A DNA stretch of 64,000 bases from Octopus sinensis (lineage: Eukaryota): NCBI RefSeq assembly GCF_006345805.1, contig NC_043017.1, forward strand, positions 5,022,001 to 5,086,000. Direction: 5' to 3'. Every line of letters begins with the position of its first letter. Position 1 is the first letter of the stretch. The notes under the pieces are model-generated. The model did not search any database, was not told the origin of the DNA, and saw nothing but the letters and a program-made list of their open reading frames with translations. This document shows positions 24,945 through 37,654 of this stretch, in pieces. A program made the position numbers and the translations under genes.

Positions 24945-25442
24945 TGCCATCAAGGCAGCAAGATGGCAGAATCGTTAGCATGCTGGATGAAATGCTTAGC
25001 AGTATTTCATCCATCTTTATGTTCTGAGTTCAAATTCCACCAAAGTCGATATTGCCTTTCATCCTTTTGGGGTTGATAAATTGGTTTGCACATCAGGGAA
25101 AATGCTCAGTGGCATTGCATCAATCTTTACATTGATATGATTGACTATCCACCTCCCCACGAATGCCTTTAGCAAAAGGCATCACCATCATCATAATCAT
25201 CATCGTTATTCTTATCTACTCTAGGCACAAGGCCCGAAATTTTTGGGGAGCTGGGTGGCCAGTTGATTAGATCAACCCCAGTATTGGGAGTTTACATTAC
25301 TCAATTTATTGACCCCGAATGGATGAAAGGCAAAGTCAACCTCGGTGGGATTTGAACTCAGAACATAAAGACAGACGAAATACTGCTAAGTATTTCATCC
25401 GATGTGCTAACGTTTCTGCCAGCTTGCTGCCTTTCATCATCA

Positions 25443-25481
<39 letters not shown>

Positions 25482-25680
25482 TATTATTACAACAAAGGCT
25501 GTGAGTTAGCAGAATGGTTAGCACATCAGAGAAAATACTCTGTGAAATTCATTACGGTTCTCTAAGCTCTGATTTCAAATTCCACTGAAGTTGACTTTGC
25601 CATTCATTTTTTAGAATTCAATAAAGTACCAGTCATGATCTTGGGTCATTGTATTTGACTATTTCAACTCTTGTGCCTAT
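24945..25680. mobile_element. Cluster of three SINE family B copies (+, -, +)
   Basis: B head and body motifs at 24945 (+), 25215-25430 (-) and 25495 (+). Confidence 0.75.
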
Positions 25681-25683
25681 AAT

Positions 25684-26000
25684 AGGTGCAGGAGTGGCTG
25701 TGTGGTAAGTAGCTTGCTTACCAACCACATGGTTCCAGGTTCAGTCCAACTGCGTGGCATCTTGAGCAAGTGTCTTCTACTATAGCCTTGGGTCAATCAA
25801 AGCCTTGTGAGTGGATTTGGTAGATGGAAACTGAAAGAAGCCTGTCATATATCTGTTTTTATGTGTCCCTTTCTGTAGAAGAGCGTAGGCTCGAAACGTA
25901 AAAGACTTTTTCTATTCCTGAGCGTTATACTAATACATCTGTTTGTTTGGTACACCACCTGTCTTCGTCTTTTGTTGTTTTTTTCGTAAACTCTCCCTAT
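25684..26000 (+). mobile_element. SINE family A head interrupted by the Penelope-like hammerhead element (25860-26000)
   Basis: The A head runs to GAAAGAAGCC, then CTTT-CTGTAGA-A-GAGC-GTAG-GCTC-GAAACGTA-AAAG (25869-25904). Confidence 0.75.
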
Positions 26001-26339
26001 GTATATATATATATATAATAATATTAGGGAGTATATCCAAACTTACAGGGAAAAATTAGATTTAGTATTAAATCAAATTTCACAGTATAAATATAAATTA
26101 AATTAGAGATAAAGCCACTATTAGACAACTCAGTGATAGACATAAACCAAAACATAAAAAAACAAAAAATAAATATAATTAATATAATATATAATATATG
26201 TATAAAACATAAAATTTAAAATTTAAATTATTAAAATTTAAAATTTTTTAATTTATATTTTTAAATTTTTAAATTATTAAATTTTTTTATAACTAACCAA
26301 AAAGTATAAAAAAAGTTAAATATAATATAATAAGTAATA

Positions 26340-26594
26340 AGTGTGTGTCTGTGTTCTTTCACGAGTAGCCTTAAAGCGCCTCCCCCAATTGGGGATTTAC
26401 ATTTTGTTTAATTTTTATTGTTTTTTTAATGTTTACACGCTGTAAAACTTTTTGTATTGCCTTGTATTCTCTTCTATGCTGTGTCTTATCATTTTACATT
26501 TGTCTATATTAGCCCTTGTGGCCAATAAATGAATGAATTATTATTATTATTATTATTATCATCATCATCATCATCATCATCATCATTATTATTA

Positions 26595-26631
<37 letters not shown>

Positions 26632-26860
26632 GTTTTTTTTTTACATTTGTATACTGTGTATGTTTCCCTTCCTTTTCACTCCATACTGTGTAGACTTACT
26701 CCCTTTTTCAGGGTTTTTTTGTTATTTATTTATTTATTTATTTTACTATTTCATCATATGTAAGTAAACCCCCAGCCCTTTACGGCTGTCTCTGTAGTGT
26801 CCCCTTCATCCTTTTGCCCTGGTGGCAAATAAAAGGCATCATCATCATCATCGTCATCAC
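26340..26860 (+). mobile_element. Two probable LINE 3' ends with AATAAA and simple-repeat tails
   Basis: ...GCCCTTGTGGCCAATAAATGAAT(ATT)n and ...GCCCTGGTGGCAAATAAAAGG(CAT)n. Confidence 0.35.
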
Positions 26861-26958
26861 CATCGTAAAAATAATAACACAACAACAACAAGGGCAACAG
26901 AAACCACAACAACAACAATAATAATAATAATAAATAAAAAATAATAATAATGATAAAG

Positions 26959-26997
<39 letters not shown>

Positions 26998-27998
26998 GTA
27001 ATAAAAATAATAATAATAATAAATAAATAATAATAATAATGATAAAAATAATAATAATAATAATAATAATAATGATTGCATGAGGAATAAATTTATAATC
27101 GTTTAGCCTATTGATGTCAGATTGATATTGACAGCAGAAAAGCTGGAGAGAGAGAGAGAGAGGGAGAGAAAGAGAGAGGGAGGGAGGGTGAGAAGGAGAG
27201 GCGTGTGGGTGGGGTGGGGGCTAAACAATATGGAAGACATAAAAGTACAGAGGACTTGCTGGAATGTTGCCAGCTGCAATGAAATCGGCATCGATGTACA
27301 GTTATTCCGTTTGACTAGTGTCATGCTATTTCTTCAAAATGTTGCAGCTATTTCATGGCATTTCTTCCATGCAGCCATTCCTTTGTCGACATTCGACCAA
27401 TATTTCTCTCACATATTCAGTCGTTGCTTCGTTGTTATTCTATCATTCTGTCATTCTGCCATTCTTTGGCTCATGTCTTCCATTCACTTTTTTCTTTTCG
27501 GTTTTTCATTCTGTCATCCCTAACCTCGTTAGTAAGCACAGAAATTATCAATGAAATTTTTTCCACAATATTGGAATTGAAATTCCTCTCCATTATACAG
27601 TCTCTGGATTGTCTGTGAAAGACACACAGACAGGCAGACGCATCGGCCTCTAACTTTACACTGCAGGTTATTCTTCATTTATTGGAAGTATGGAGAAATT
27701 TCTTGTTTTTTTTTTTTTGAAAAATTGGAATATTGAATAAAATATAAATTATGTGCATGCATGTCTGTGTGTCTGCTGGATCTGTATGTGAGAGATGAAA
27801 AGAGCTGGTTACACAATAATATAGGTGTATTTTGTGTGTGTGTGTGTGTTTATATATGTATATATATACACACATATACATACATTTCAATATATTTTAT
27901 ATATAATATATATATATCTATATATCTATATATACATATATATACATATTTGTCTCTATTTATCATCATCATCATTTAACGTCCGCTTTCCATGCTAG

Positions 27999-28044
<46 letters not shown>

Positions 28045-28124
28045 TTGTACATATTCTTTATTTTCTGTATTCAGTTGTATGTATGTATCTATCTACCTAT
28101 CTGTGTGTGTGTATCTATATTACT

Positions 28125-28522
28125 CTTTTACTCTTTTACTTGTTTCAGTCATTTGACTGTGGCCATGCTGGAACACCGCCTTTAATCGAGCAACTCGACC
28201 CCGGGACTTATTCTTTTGTAAGCCCAGTACTTATTCTATCGGTCTCTTTTGCCGAACCGCTAAGTAACGGGGACATAAACACACCAGCATTGGTTGTCAA
28301 GCAATGCTAGGGGGACAAACACAGACACACAAACACACGCACGCATATATATACATATATACGACGGGCTTCTTTCAGTTTCCATCTACCAAATCCACTC
28401 ACAAGGCTTTGGTCGGCCCGAGGCTATAGTAGAAGGCACTTGCCCAAGGTGCCACGCAGTGGGACTGAACCCGGAACCATGTGGTTGGTAAACAAGCTAC
28501 TTACCACACAGCCACTCCTGTG
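28125..28522 (-). mobile_element. SINE family A, near-consensus full copy
   Basis: Almost exact reverse complement of 38572-38955. Confidence 0.9.
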
Positions 28523-28794
28523 CCTATATGTGTATATTGTGTATGTATGTATGTATGTGTATGTATATACATATGTGTGTGTGTTAAATGTATTCAGTGG
28601 AAAAATCAAAATCTCAGCAAATTACAAAATAAAATGTGTGTATATGTATGTACATATATTTGTAAATGTGTGTATACCTATATATATATATATACATATG
28701 TCTGTGTACATATTTGTATGTATGTATTTGCGCAAACATATGTGTGCATATATATGTATATATGTATATATATATGTGTGTATATATATGTATG

Positions 28795-28889
<95 letters not shown>

Positions 28890-29094
28890 CAGATATGTGT
28901 ACACTATACATACACAACACATGTGTATGTGTGTTTACATTCATGCGTACTTTGTATGCATGCTTTTGTACTCTGTTTAATGGAAGTAAAAAATATTTAA
29001 AGAAAGTCGGCAGATTTCCAAACAAAACATAAGACATGTTGTTAAACAAATACAATAACCAACCGATCCCTCCAATTCCGTTACAGAAATGTCA

Positions 29095-29138
<44 letters not shown>

Positions 29139-29284
29139 TGCTGGTGGGGAATGTAGTTTTGTTTTTACTTATCAAAAATTAGTTTATTTTGTAATCTACA
29201 GTTGACCTTGAAATATCCTTGTATTGGATATTGATCACCTTTCACCCCAATCAATAATATTACATATACATGTATTACATATAT

Positions 29285-29335
<51 letters not shown>

Positions 29336-29371
29336 CACATATATGTGTGTGTGTGTGTATATATATATATG

Positions 29372-29405
<34 letters not shown>

Positions 29406-29419
29406 TGTATGTATATATA

Positions 29420-30230
29420 TATAGGCACAGGGCTTGACATTTTGGGGGAGGGAACCAGTCAATTAAATTGGCCCCAGTGTTTCACCGGTACTTAATTTAT
29501 TGACTCCGAAAGGATGAAAGGCAAAGTTGACTTCGGTGGAATTTGAACTCAGAACGTAGCGATGGGCAAAGTACTGCTCAGCATTTAGTCCAGAATGCCA
29601 ATGACTCTGCTAGATTGCTTCCTTCATAATAATAATAATAATGCTGTCTATTAAAGGCACAAGGCCTGAAATTTATGAGGAGGGCACTAGTTGATTATAT
29701 TGACACTAGTATTTCGTTGGTACTTGATTTATTGACCCCAAAAGGATGGAAAGTAAAGCTGACCTCGGCAGCATTTGAACTCAGGATGTAAAGATGAACA
29801 AAATGCCACTAAGCATTTTGCCTAGCATGCTAAAAATTCTGCCATCCTTCACCTTAATAATAATAATAATAATGATGATGATGATAATGATGGTGATACA
29901 TCTTTCTTCTGTAGGCAGAAGGCCTGAAATTGGTGGGGGGGGGGGTAAGTCAATTACATTGACTCCAGTGCTCAACTGGTACTTATTTTATCGACCCTGA
30001 AAGGATGAAAGGCAAAGTTGACCCCAGCAGCATTTGATCTCAGAACATGAAGACAGACGAAATACTGCTAAGCATTTTGCCTGGTGTACTAATGATTCTG
30101 CCAGCTTGCCGCCTTCGACACTCCTTCCTTTTGTAGGCGCAAGGCTTGAATGTTTGGGCAAGGAGACTGGTTGATTGTATCAACCCCCCAGTGCTTGTCT
30201 AGCATGTTTACGACTATGCCAGCTCCCAGC
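29420..30230 (-). mobile_element. Cluster of three to four SINE family B copies in the same orientation
   Basis: Repeated GACCCC.AAAGGATGAAAGGCAAAGTTGAC...GAACTCAGAAC blocks separated by (AAT)n. Confidence 0.8.
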
Positions 30231-30790
30231 CTTGGAGCCTGTTGATAATCAGAAAGCAACCAGTGTGTGTGTTTGGTTTGCCGATAGCCTTACGTCCACT
30301 TTAAGCCACTTATGTCATTATTAACACAATGTTGTGGCACCACTTTTAGTACATCTGTTGTCACATTGCCTGGAATGTGTCTGAAAGAAATGCGACTCAC
30401 ATGATGTCAGATCCGCAATGGATGAGACAATGGATAAGTCTTCAGAGTCGCTTTGTGGGGTTTTTTTCTTTTTTTATACTGTTAGAAATAACAGCTGAAT
30501 TACTTTAATATCGAACCCTGCCGCAATGGTGGTTCTTGTGAAGCCTGTTTGCAGTGACCTGTGGTGTGATTTTTGGATGATGTGCAATGAACTTTTAAAA
30601 AAAAACCCAAAACTTCACCCTGCAATATCATCATCATCATCATCATCATCATTGTTTAATGTCCTTCTTAAATGATGATGATGATGAAAAATTCAGGGAG
30701 GAGTTTTGGTTTTATGTTATAAAACCACTTACGAGCATTTATCTAAAACTGTTATAATAAAATAATAATGAACTCTGTTGTGTCTGGGGT

Positions 30791-30969
30791 GGGTCATAGT
30801 GCCTTAATATATATAACACACTCACCGGTTCAATTTCTATTCATTTATTTATTTATTTGTTCCAGAAAGCTTTTTTGGCAATGAAAAAGCTTCCTGGAAT
30901 AAATAGAAGGAATAAATAAATGAGTGGAAATTGAACCAGTGAGTGTGTTATATCAAGGCACTATGACCC
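30791..30969. mobile_element. Foldback element/MITE, near-complete palindrome of about 180 bp
   Basis: GGGTCATAGTGCCTT..ATAACACACTCACCGGTTCAATTTC...AAGCTTTTT pairs with AAAAAGCTT...GAAATTGAACCAGTGAGTGTGTTAT..AAGGCACTATGACCC. Confidence 0.85.
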
Positions 30970-31084
30970 TCTGCAGGCACAACAAAATTTGTTCCAACAC
31001 ATGAATTCCCATAAGGAATCTTGCAACCCAGATACAAAAATGAAATAATGAACCTATTGTATACCTTGCTGCTCAGGTGTTGCT

Positions 31085-31395
31085 CTACAACTCATCAGAA
31101 AAAGGAACCAAAACTGCATGAAAGGTACATAGAGTAATGCAAGGGGGAGTGAACAGTAATTAAGTCTTTAAAGTAATAAAATACAGGTAGTGGTCTCAGG
31201 TGTAATCTTAGCGAATTTCAAGTAATGTGGAACTGTTGAGGGTATGAAAAAATGTTTCTGAAAGTCATGGGTGCTGTGTTGTGTTTTTGATTTTGCAAGC
31301 ATGTCCATGAATGTTAAACATGGAATTCAAAAAGGGGCCCAAGATTGTTGTTGGAAAGATTTTGGATAACCTTGTGGGTGTCTACCAAGTCAGTC
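31085..31395 (-). mobile_element. CR1/L2-like LINE C-terminal remnant
   Basis: Minus frames give DTHKVIQNLSNNNLGPLFEF..HGHACKIK...HDFQKHFF, resembling the CR1 tail motif RGH..KL.K......RK.FF. It is frameshifted. Confidence 0.5.
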
Positions 31396-31964
31396 GCTAG
31401 ACCTGCGCTGGATTAAGACACATTGAGGCCCTAAGTACTTAAAAGAGTTTGGTGCCCCCATAAAAGATTATGTAATTCAAAATATAAACAGTGAAAAAAA
31501 AGTGAAAAACAAGTGAAAAAAAATATATATAAGAATTAATTTTCCAGGAATCAAATTATTTTCTTCGTTTAACTATGTTGATGGTGTGTCAGTGTAAGTT
31601 TGGCTGCCGAGGTATCGTGTGTAATTGGAGAGAGGAAGTCGGTTCCAAGCTAACACATGCCAAGTGTTATGTGATCGCAGAGTTATGAGCAGACAATGAG
31701 AAAATAAGCACTAAACATGATTTAAGTTAGCTGTCCTGGCATAAATGTCCAGATGTCAGCGGGTAATTGAGGAAATGAGATGAAAGAGGGTTTTGTTAAT
31801 TCTAGTTCTTTCTCAGACACAATAATAATGATAATGACGATGATGATGATGATGATAATAATGATAATGACGATGATGATGATGACGATAATAATAATGA
31901 TGATGATGATGATTATGATGACAATAATAATAATGATGATGATGATGATGATAATAGAAATCCT

Positions 31965-32110
31965 TTCTACTATTGACACAAGGTCTGTATTTTGAGGGGT
32001 GGAGGGGGTTAGTCAATTGTATAAACCTCCCAATGCTCGACTGGTACTTATTTTATCAATGCCACAAGGATGAAAGGCTAAGTCAGTGTTAGCAGAATTT
32101 GAACTCAGAA
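31965..32110 (-). mobile_element. SINE family B fragment
   Basis: GGTACTTATTTTATC...AAGGATGAAAGG...GAATTTGAACTCAGAA. Confidence 0.65.
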
Positions 32111-32242
32111 TATAAAGATGATAATAATGATAATAATGCCCTGATGATAATGATGATGATGATGATGATGATAATTAATAATAATAATAATAATAATGCC
32201 CTGATGATGATAATGATAATAATAATAATAACAATAATAATA

Positions 32243-32277
<35 letters not shown>

Positions 32278-32297
32278 CCCTGATGATGATGATAATA

Positions 32298-32338
<41 letters not shown>

Positions 32339-32420
32339 CCCTGATGATGATAATGATAATAATAATAATAATAATAATATAATATAATAATAATAATAAT
32401 AATAATAATGATAATAATAA
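32110..32420. repeat. (AAT)n array punctuated four times by GCCCTGATGAT
   Basis: Motif at about 32138, 32198, 32277 and 32338. Confidence 0.9.
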
Positions 32421-32920
32421 ATTGGTATGACCACAAACCCAAAGGCATCATTGAAAATCATAATACAAAGATCCTGTGGGATTTTTATGATTCAGTGCGA
32501 TCATGAGTTAGAGAATAGGAAGCCAGACATAGTCTTAATTGAGAAAGAAAGCAAATGATGCTGTATCATAGATATAGCATGCCCAGCTGACAACAAGGTA
32601 TGCGATAAGGAAGAAAGAAAAGTCGATAGGTATGAGAGGTTAGCTTGTGAGGTTAAGCAGTTGTGGTCGATGAAAAAGGTGGTAGTAGTACCAATAATTG
32701 TCGGATCCCCGAGAACAGTGAGTAAAAAACTTTAGAAGTATATAGAATAAATGGGGTCTGCAATAAGGGTGGAGCATTTGCAGAAAACAGCACTACTTGG
32801 AACTGCTCGATTACTCCAGTTGGTGCTCGAAACTTAAGGGGTGTTACCTTAGTTCACTGGTAAACAGCTGACGCTGTGGTACATCTCCAGTGCTAGAAGC
32901 TGTGCAAAGCAATAATAATA
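32421..32920 (+). mobile_element. R4/Dong-like non-LTR retrotransposon 3' end with restriction-like endonuclease domain (pseudogenised)
   Basis: WYDHKPKGIIENHNTKILWDF-fs-IQCDHELENRKPDIVLIEKESK*CCIIDIACPADNKVCDKEERKVDRYERLACEVKQLWSMKKVVVVPIIVGS...LQKTALLGTARLLQLVLET*. This is a PD-(D/E)xK-type RLE, followed by a 3' UTR and an (AAT)n tail. Confidence 0.85.
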
Positions 32921-33178
32921 TAAAATGAAAGGTCAAGTTATAACTCAAGTGTGCTATAGGAATTTCCTCATGGTTTCCTAATGAAGTAAATTGAATCCCT
33001 CTAAGTACGTACTCCACTGCATATTAATTCGAATTCCTACATCCAGGTGTATTTACAGATTTGTCCATGTATGTGTGTGCGTGTGTATGTAGAGACACAT
33101 CTGCCTATGTATCTATGTTCATTTTTGAATATGTATGCTTGTGTGCCTTTATATATGTGCATATGTCGTAATAAATAC

Positions 33179-33224
<46 letters not shown>

Positions 33225-33324
33225 TTACACACACACACACACACACGTGCATGTATTACATAACAAAAATGTTTAGTGTGTTGTTTTTCAATTGATTGTA
33301 AAATGAGTTCTGGCCACTTGTGCT

Positions 33325-34011
33325 GGCATGAGCCTGTGGTTAAGAAGCTCACTTTACAACCATGTGGTTTTAGGTTCAGTCCCATAATGCGGAAGTTTGG
33401 GCAAGTGTCTTCTATTATAGCCCTGGGCTAACAAAAACCTTATGAGTACATTTGGTAAGCAGAAAGTGAAACAAGCCCAATCATCATCATCATTATCATC
33501 ATCATTTAACGTCTGTTTTCCATACTGGCATGAGTTGGTATGGTTTGACAGGAGCTGACCATCTGAGGTGACCATCTGAGGGGCTGTTCAGGGTCCATCT
33601 CTGTTTGGCAGGGTTTCTACAGCTGGATGCCTTTCCTAACACCAACCACTTTACAGAGCGTACAGGGTGCTTTTACGCAACACCGGCATGGGTTCTTTTT
33701 GCGTGGCACCGGCACCTATGACCCCATGAAATTAGGAATGCTCAGCTGGAAGGGGTTGCAAGGGACATGCTTGTATGCAAGGGCAACTATGCTTTTGCTT
33801 AACTTGTCGTGTCTTATCAAGCTCAGCAAACTGCCAGGAGTGTCGGTCCGCTAGGCATGGCTCTGTGGTTAACAAGCTTGCTTTGCAAACACATGGTTCT
33901 GGGTTCAGTCCCACAGTGTGACACTTTGGGTAAGTATCTCCTACTATATACTCAGGTCGACCAAGGCCTTGTGAGTTGATTTGGTCAACGGAAACTGAAA
34001 GAAGCCTGTTG

Positions 34012-34043
<32 letters not shown>

Positions 34044-34290
34044 CATACATACTATCTGGTGGGGGACAAAATCAGACACAAGACACACACATATGTATGT
34101 GTGTGTGTGTATATATATATATATAAAATGTTTGACCTTCGAACATGAGGCTTCACTGAGGCAATGACTAGTAACTGAGACCTTTGGAAATATGCTGTGC
34201 TTGAGAAGACCCGGTAAGCCAAGTGAGACCATCACCTCATGGCCTATGCCAGGGTTGTAACCAGCCCACTTATGTTACACCCCAGTCCAC
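33325..34290. mobile_element. Patchwork: SINE A head (+, 33325), family D 3' UTR (-, 33480-33850), SINE A head (+, 33855), RTE ORF end (+, 34128-34290)
   Basis: Family motifs; the last piece reads DLRT*GFTEAMTSN*DLWKYAVLEKTR*, matching the end of the 590-1045 RTE fragment. Confidence 0.7.
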
Positions 34291-35809
34291 GATGTTGATG
34301 ATGATGGCAATGATGATGATAGTGGTGGTGGTGATGATGATAGTGAGGAGGAGGGAAATGATGATGATGATGAGGAGGAGGTGAAGTAGAAGGAAGTTTT
34401 GTTTGTGTGTTAGTTATGAGTTTCAAAGAAACTTAAAGCATTTATATATGAAAAATTATTTAATGCATTTGGAGTGGGTCACTGTAGATTTTACGTGGGA
34501 ACTGTCGTGAGTGGATCAATGAGATTGGATTAACATTACCAAAACTACGTTCTGAAGCAATTGGCTAAACTTGTTGAAAACCAGATGGTTGGACCTCTAC
34601 GAAGCCCAAGTGTGTCTCGTATTTGGATTGTGTTTGCTTATATGTGATATCGCTATTCTATTTCTCTCCCTCTTAAACATACACCACACACATGCATACG
34701 TTCACTCAAATCCACTTACATACTCACAGGCCCACACACACACTCTACTCTATTCATACATACACAAACCCACTCTCTCACACACAAACACAAACCCACT
34801 ACTTGCACACTCAAAGAAATGCACACACACTTACACTCAGAAGTACACTCACGCTCACACACTCACACACACATACAAATATACAGAAACCTTCACAAGT
34901 ACACACACATATAAACCCACTCACTCTCTCTCTCTCTCTTTGTCAAACACACACACAAACACACACTCGGAAGCACACACACACTCAAACAAACAGACAC
35001 ACACACACACACACACACACACTCAAACAAACACACACACACAGAAAGCCATTGACACACACTCACACTCACACCCACTCTCTCTCTCTCTCTCTCTGTC
35101 AAACACACACTCGGAAGCACACACACATGCACTCAAACAAACAAACACACACGCACACAGAAAGCCATTGACATACTCATACTCACATACAAACCCACTC
35201 TCTCCCTCTCTCACACACCCGCACACATCATAATCCATGTCTCCCCAAAGAGCCAGATACAAAGGAATGGCCATTGAAAAGGAGACAGCACGAGTGGTGC
35301 TCCAGCATGGTCGCAGCCTTTGGGCTAAAAATGCGTAAAAGAATAAAATAAATCATTGTGCTGTAAATATTCTTTGAAATATTCTGAGTTGCAGACACCA
35401 AAAAGAAAAATATATAATCAGGAATCACAAATATGTAGAGGAACCGAAATTACTCATCCAAGAATTGAACCCTTAACAGTTTTGTCAGCTCATCAGTAAC
35501 GTATTCAATACGGTATGGCCTCACCTCACAGAACTATAACTATGGCATGTAAAAAAAAAAACAATAAAAAACAAAAATGTAACAAAGGTCAGATGTTAGA
35601 ATATAATGAACACCATTCTTCCGGAAATGTCACCAGACTCGGTTGGAATTTAGATTGAGAGGATGATTGAATGGCGGTTAGACTAAGTCTATAGACATAA
35701 AAAAAAAAGAGAAATAAATAAAATATACATAAAAAAATAAATAAATCAGACAATAGAAAGATGCTATAATATCTAGAACTAGTTTACCAATTCTGTGTGT
35801 GTGTGTGTG

Positions 35810-35965
35810 TGTTGTGTGGATAACATTAGTGTCGTGGGGCAAGGCGATGAGGTTGGTATGTGTGGGTAACTGCTAGGCTTCTATAAACAACTTTGCCGGG
35901 ACTTGTACCTCAGAGGGCAACTTTCTAATGCAGTCTCATGGTCATTCATGGACTAAAGGGGGTTC
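35810..35965 (+). mobile_element. SINE family C 3' fragment
   Basis: GGATAACATTAGTG...AAACAACTTTGCC...ATGGTCATTCATG...GGGGTTCTTTACC. Confidence 0.7.
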
Positions 35966-37189
35966 TTTACCTTATCTTTACCTGTATAAGCAACTATGAT
36001 GTAGTTGGTACAACATGTTCTTTGTCTATCTCCTTAACTTTTTGGAGATCTTAGGTAAAATTATACTAATGTGTCCATCTGTTCTAATTTAATTAAATTC
36101 TATGTCTTTGTGCAGCTGAAGATTGCTCTGCATCTTAAATTGATGTAATGATTGCATAGTTCAATTAAATGGAGATGCATGAAACGATCGTACTGCATTA
36201 CCTCTGGATATCCTTGTAGCTTATTTTGATGTATAAGCTACATGTAGTATGACTTAGTCTATCTCAAATAATCTAGAGTTAACGCTGTATGGAATCTATC
36301 AGGGTATGAGCTACATGGAGTACTTTAGAATATACGCTACATGGTGTGACAGTCACATGTAGTATACTAGAGTATAACGTACTACATGCAGCTATTCCTA
36401 AACTTTTATCTACGCAATACGAAATAACAGATAACAGTTTTATATAAAACACTTCTTCTGAAGAAACCTGCAGTAATAATCTTCCATACTTTTGATATTT
36501 CTAAATATTCACATTAGATTTTGGTATCAATGGAATCTTGATGTCTTTCACTGTTCCGTTTTCCAAGTCGAAAATAACCAGCCATAGAAAAAGCACAAGA
36601 CACATTCCTTCTGAATGACTATTCAAAGATTTACTTGTCGATTTCCACTTATTGGTGCTAAAACTTTATATTACATTAACAACGAGATTAATAGAAACGT
36701 AGAGAATGCATAACATTAGCCGATTCTATAACACTCTGAGAATATCTATGGAGTCTTTTATTAGACTACAATCAAATAGAAATAGAAATAAATAAATAAA
36801 AATTGTCTTGAAGAGCTTCAGAGCTTCCAAAATATCTTCTGCTTTATTTCCATGTATTTAAAGAATAAAATCAGCTCTGAGAGTAGAGTTACACCAATAC
36901 AAAATAAAGAAACGAGGATACACTTTTTTATGTAAGAAATGTTATTTACCAAAGTAAAAATGGAGTTCTGAAGAAACATTATCCGATTCCACCAAAATAT
37001 GTCCACCAGCCAATATGACCAATAAAGCTAATAAACACGGTTTTTTATTGCCATCGTAATCATCAGCGCCATCATCATCATCATCATCATCATCACCACT
37101 GTCATCATCGCTGTCGTCATCATCACCACCATCATAACCATCATCATCATCATCATCATCATCATTGTCACCATTATCACCACCACCAC

Positions 37190-37400
37190 CATCATCAACA
37201 TCACCATCACCATAATTGTTTAATGTGCCTTTTTCCTAGCTGGTATCGACTGGACGATTCGACAGGAACCTATGAGCCAAAGAACTACTGCGCTGGGCCC
37301 CGATATCTGCTTTGGCATGCTTTCTCCAGCTGGATGTCCTTCCTAAATACCAACCACTTTACAGAGTATACTGGGTGCCTTTAAGTGGTGCTACAGCATG
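37190..37400 (-). mobile_element. LINE 3' UTR family D, diverged
   Basis: (CAT)n then ...CAGCTGGATGTCCTTCCTAAATACCAACCAC. Confidence 0.6.
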
Positions 37401-37654
37401 ACCACAACCTATGACTGAAAGAAGGAAAAGGTACAAAAAAGGGTTGATTGAAATGTATAAAAAGTAGTGGAAAAGAAAAACAAAAAGACAGGAGGGTCAT
37501 AACCGGAATGTCTTTGATCGAAGTGCTACATGGTCAGGCATGTCCTGGGGTTTAACACTACCATCATAACCAATCAACACAGTCGTATGTATGTAAAATA
37601 GAGCCCGGTATTGAGTGCACCCGTTTACCTTCTACGCTCAGTGTCTGTAAACTG

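Noticed and set aside
26810-26830. GCCACCAGGG (-), a CTCF-like half site
   Set aside because: The 3' half of the motif does not match, and it lies in a probable LINE tail.
27258-27275. TGGAATGT, the miR-1 5' seed
   Set aside because: The rest does not match miR-1, and there is no precursor-length hairpin.
35471-35500. CTGATGAG...CAAAAC on -, hammerhead-like
   Set aside because: Stem II is one base pair and GAAA is mutated; too degenerate to call.
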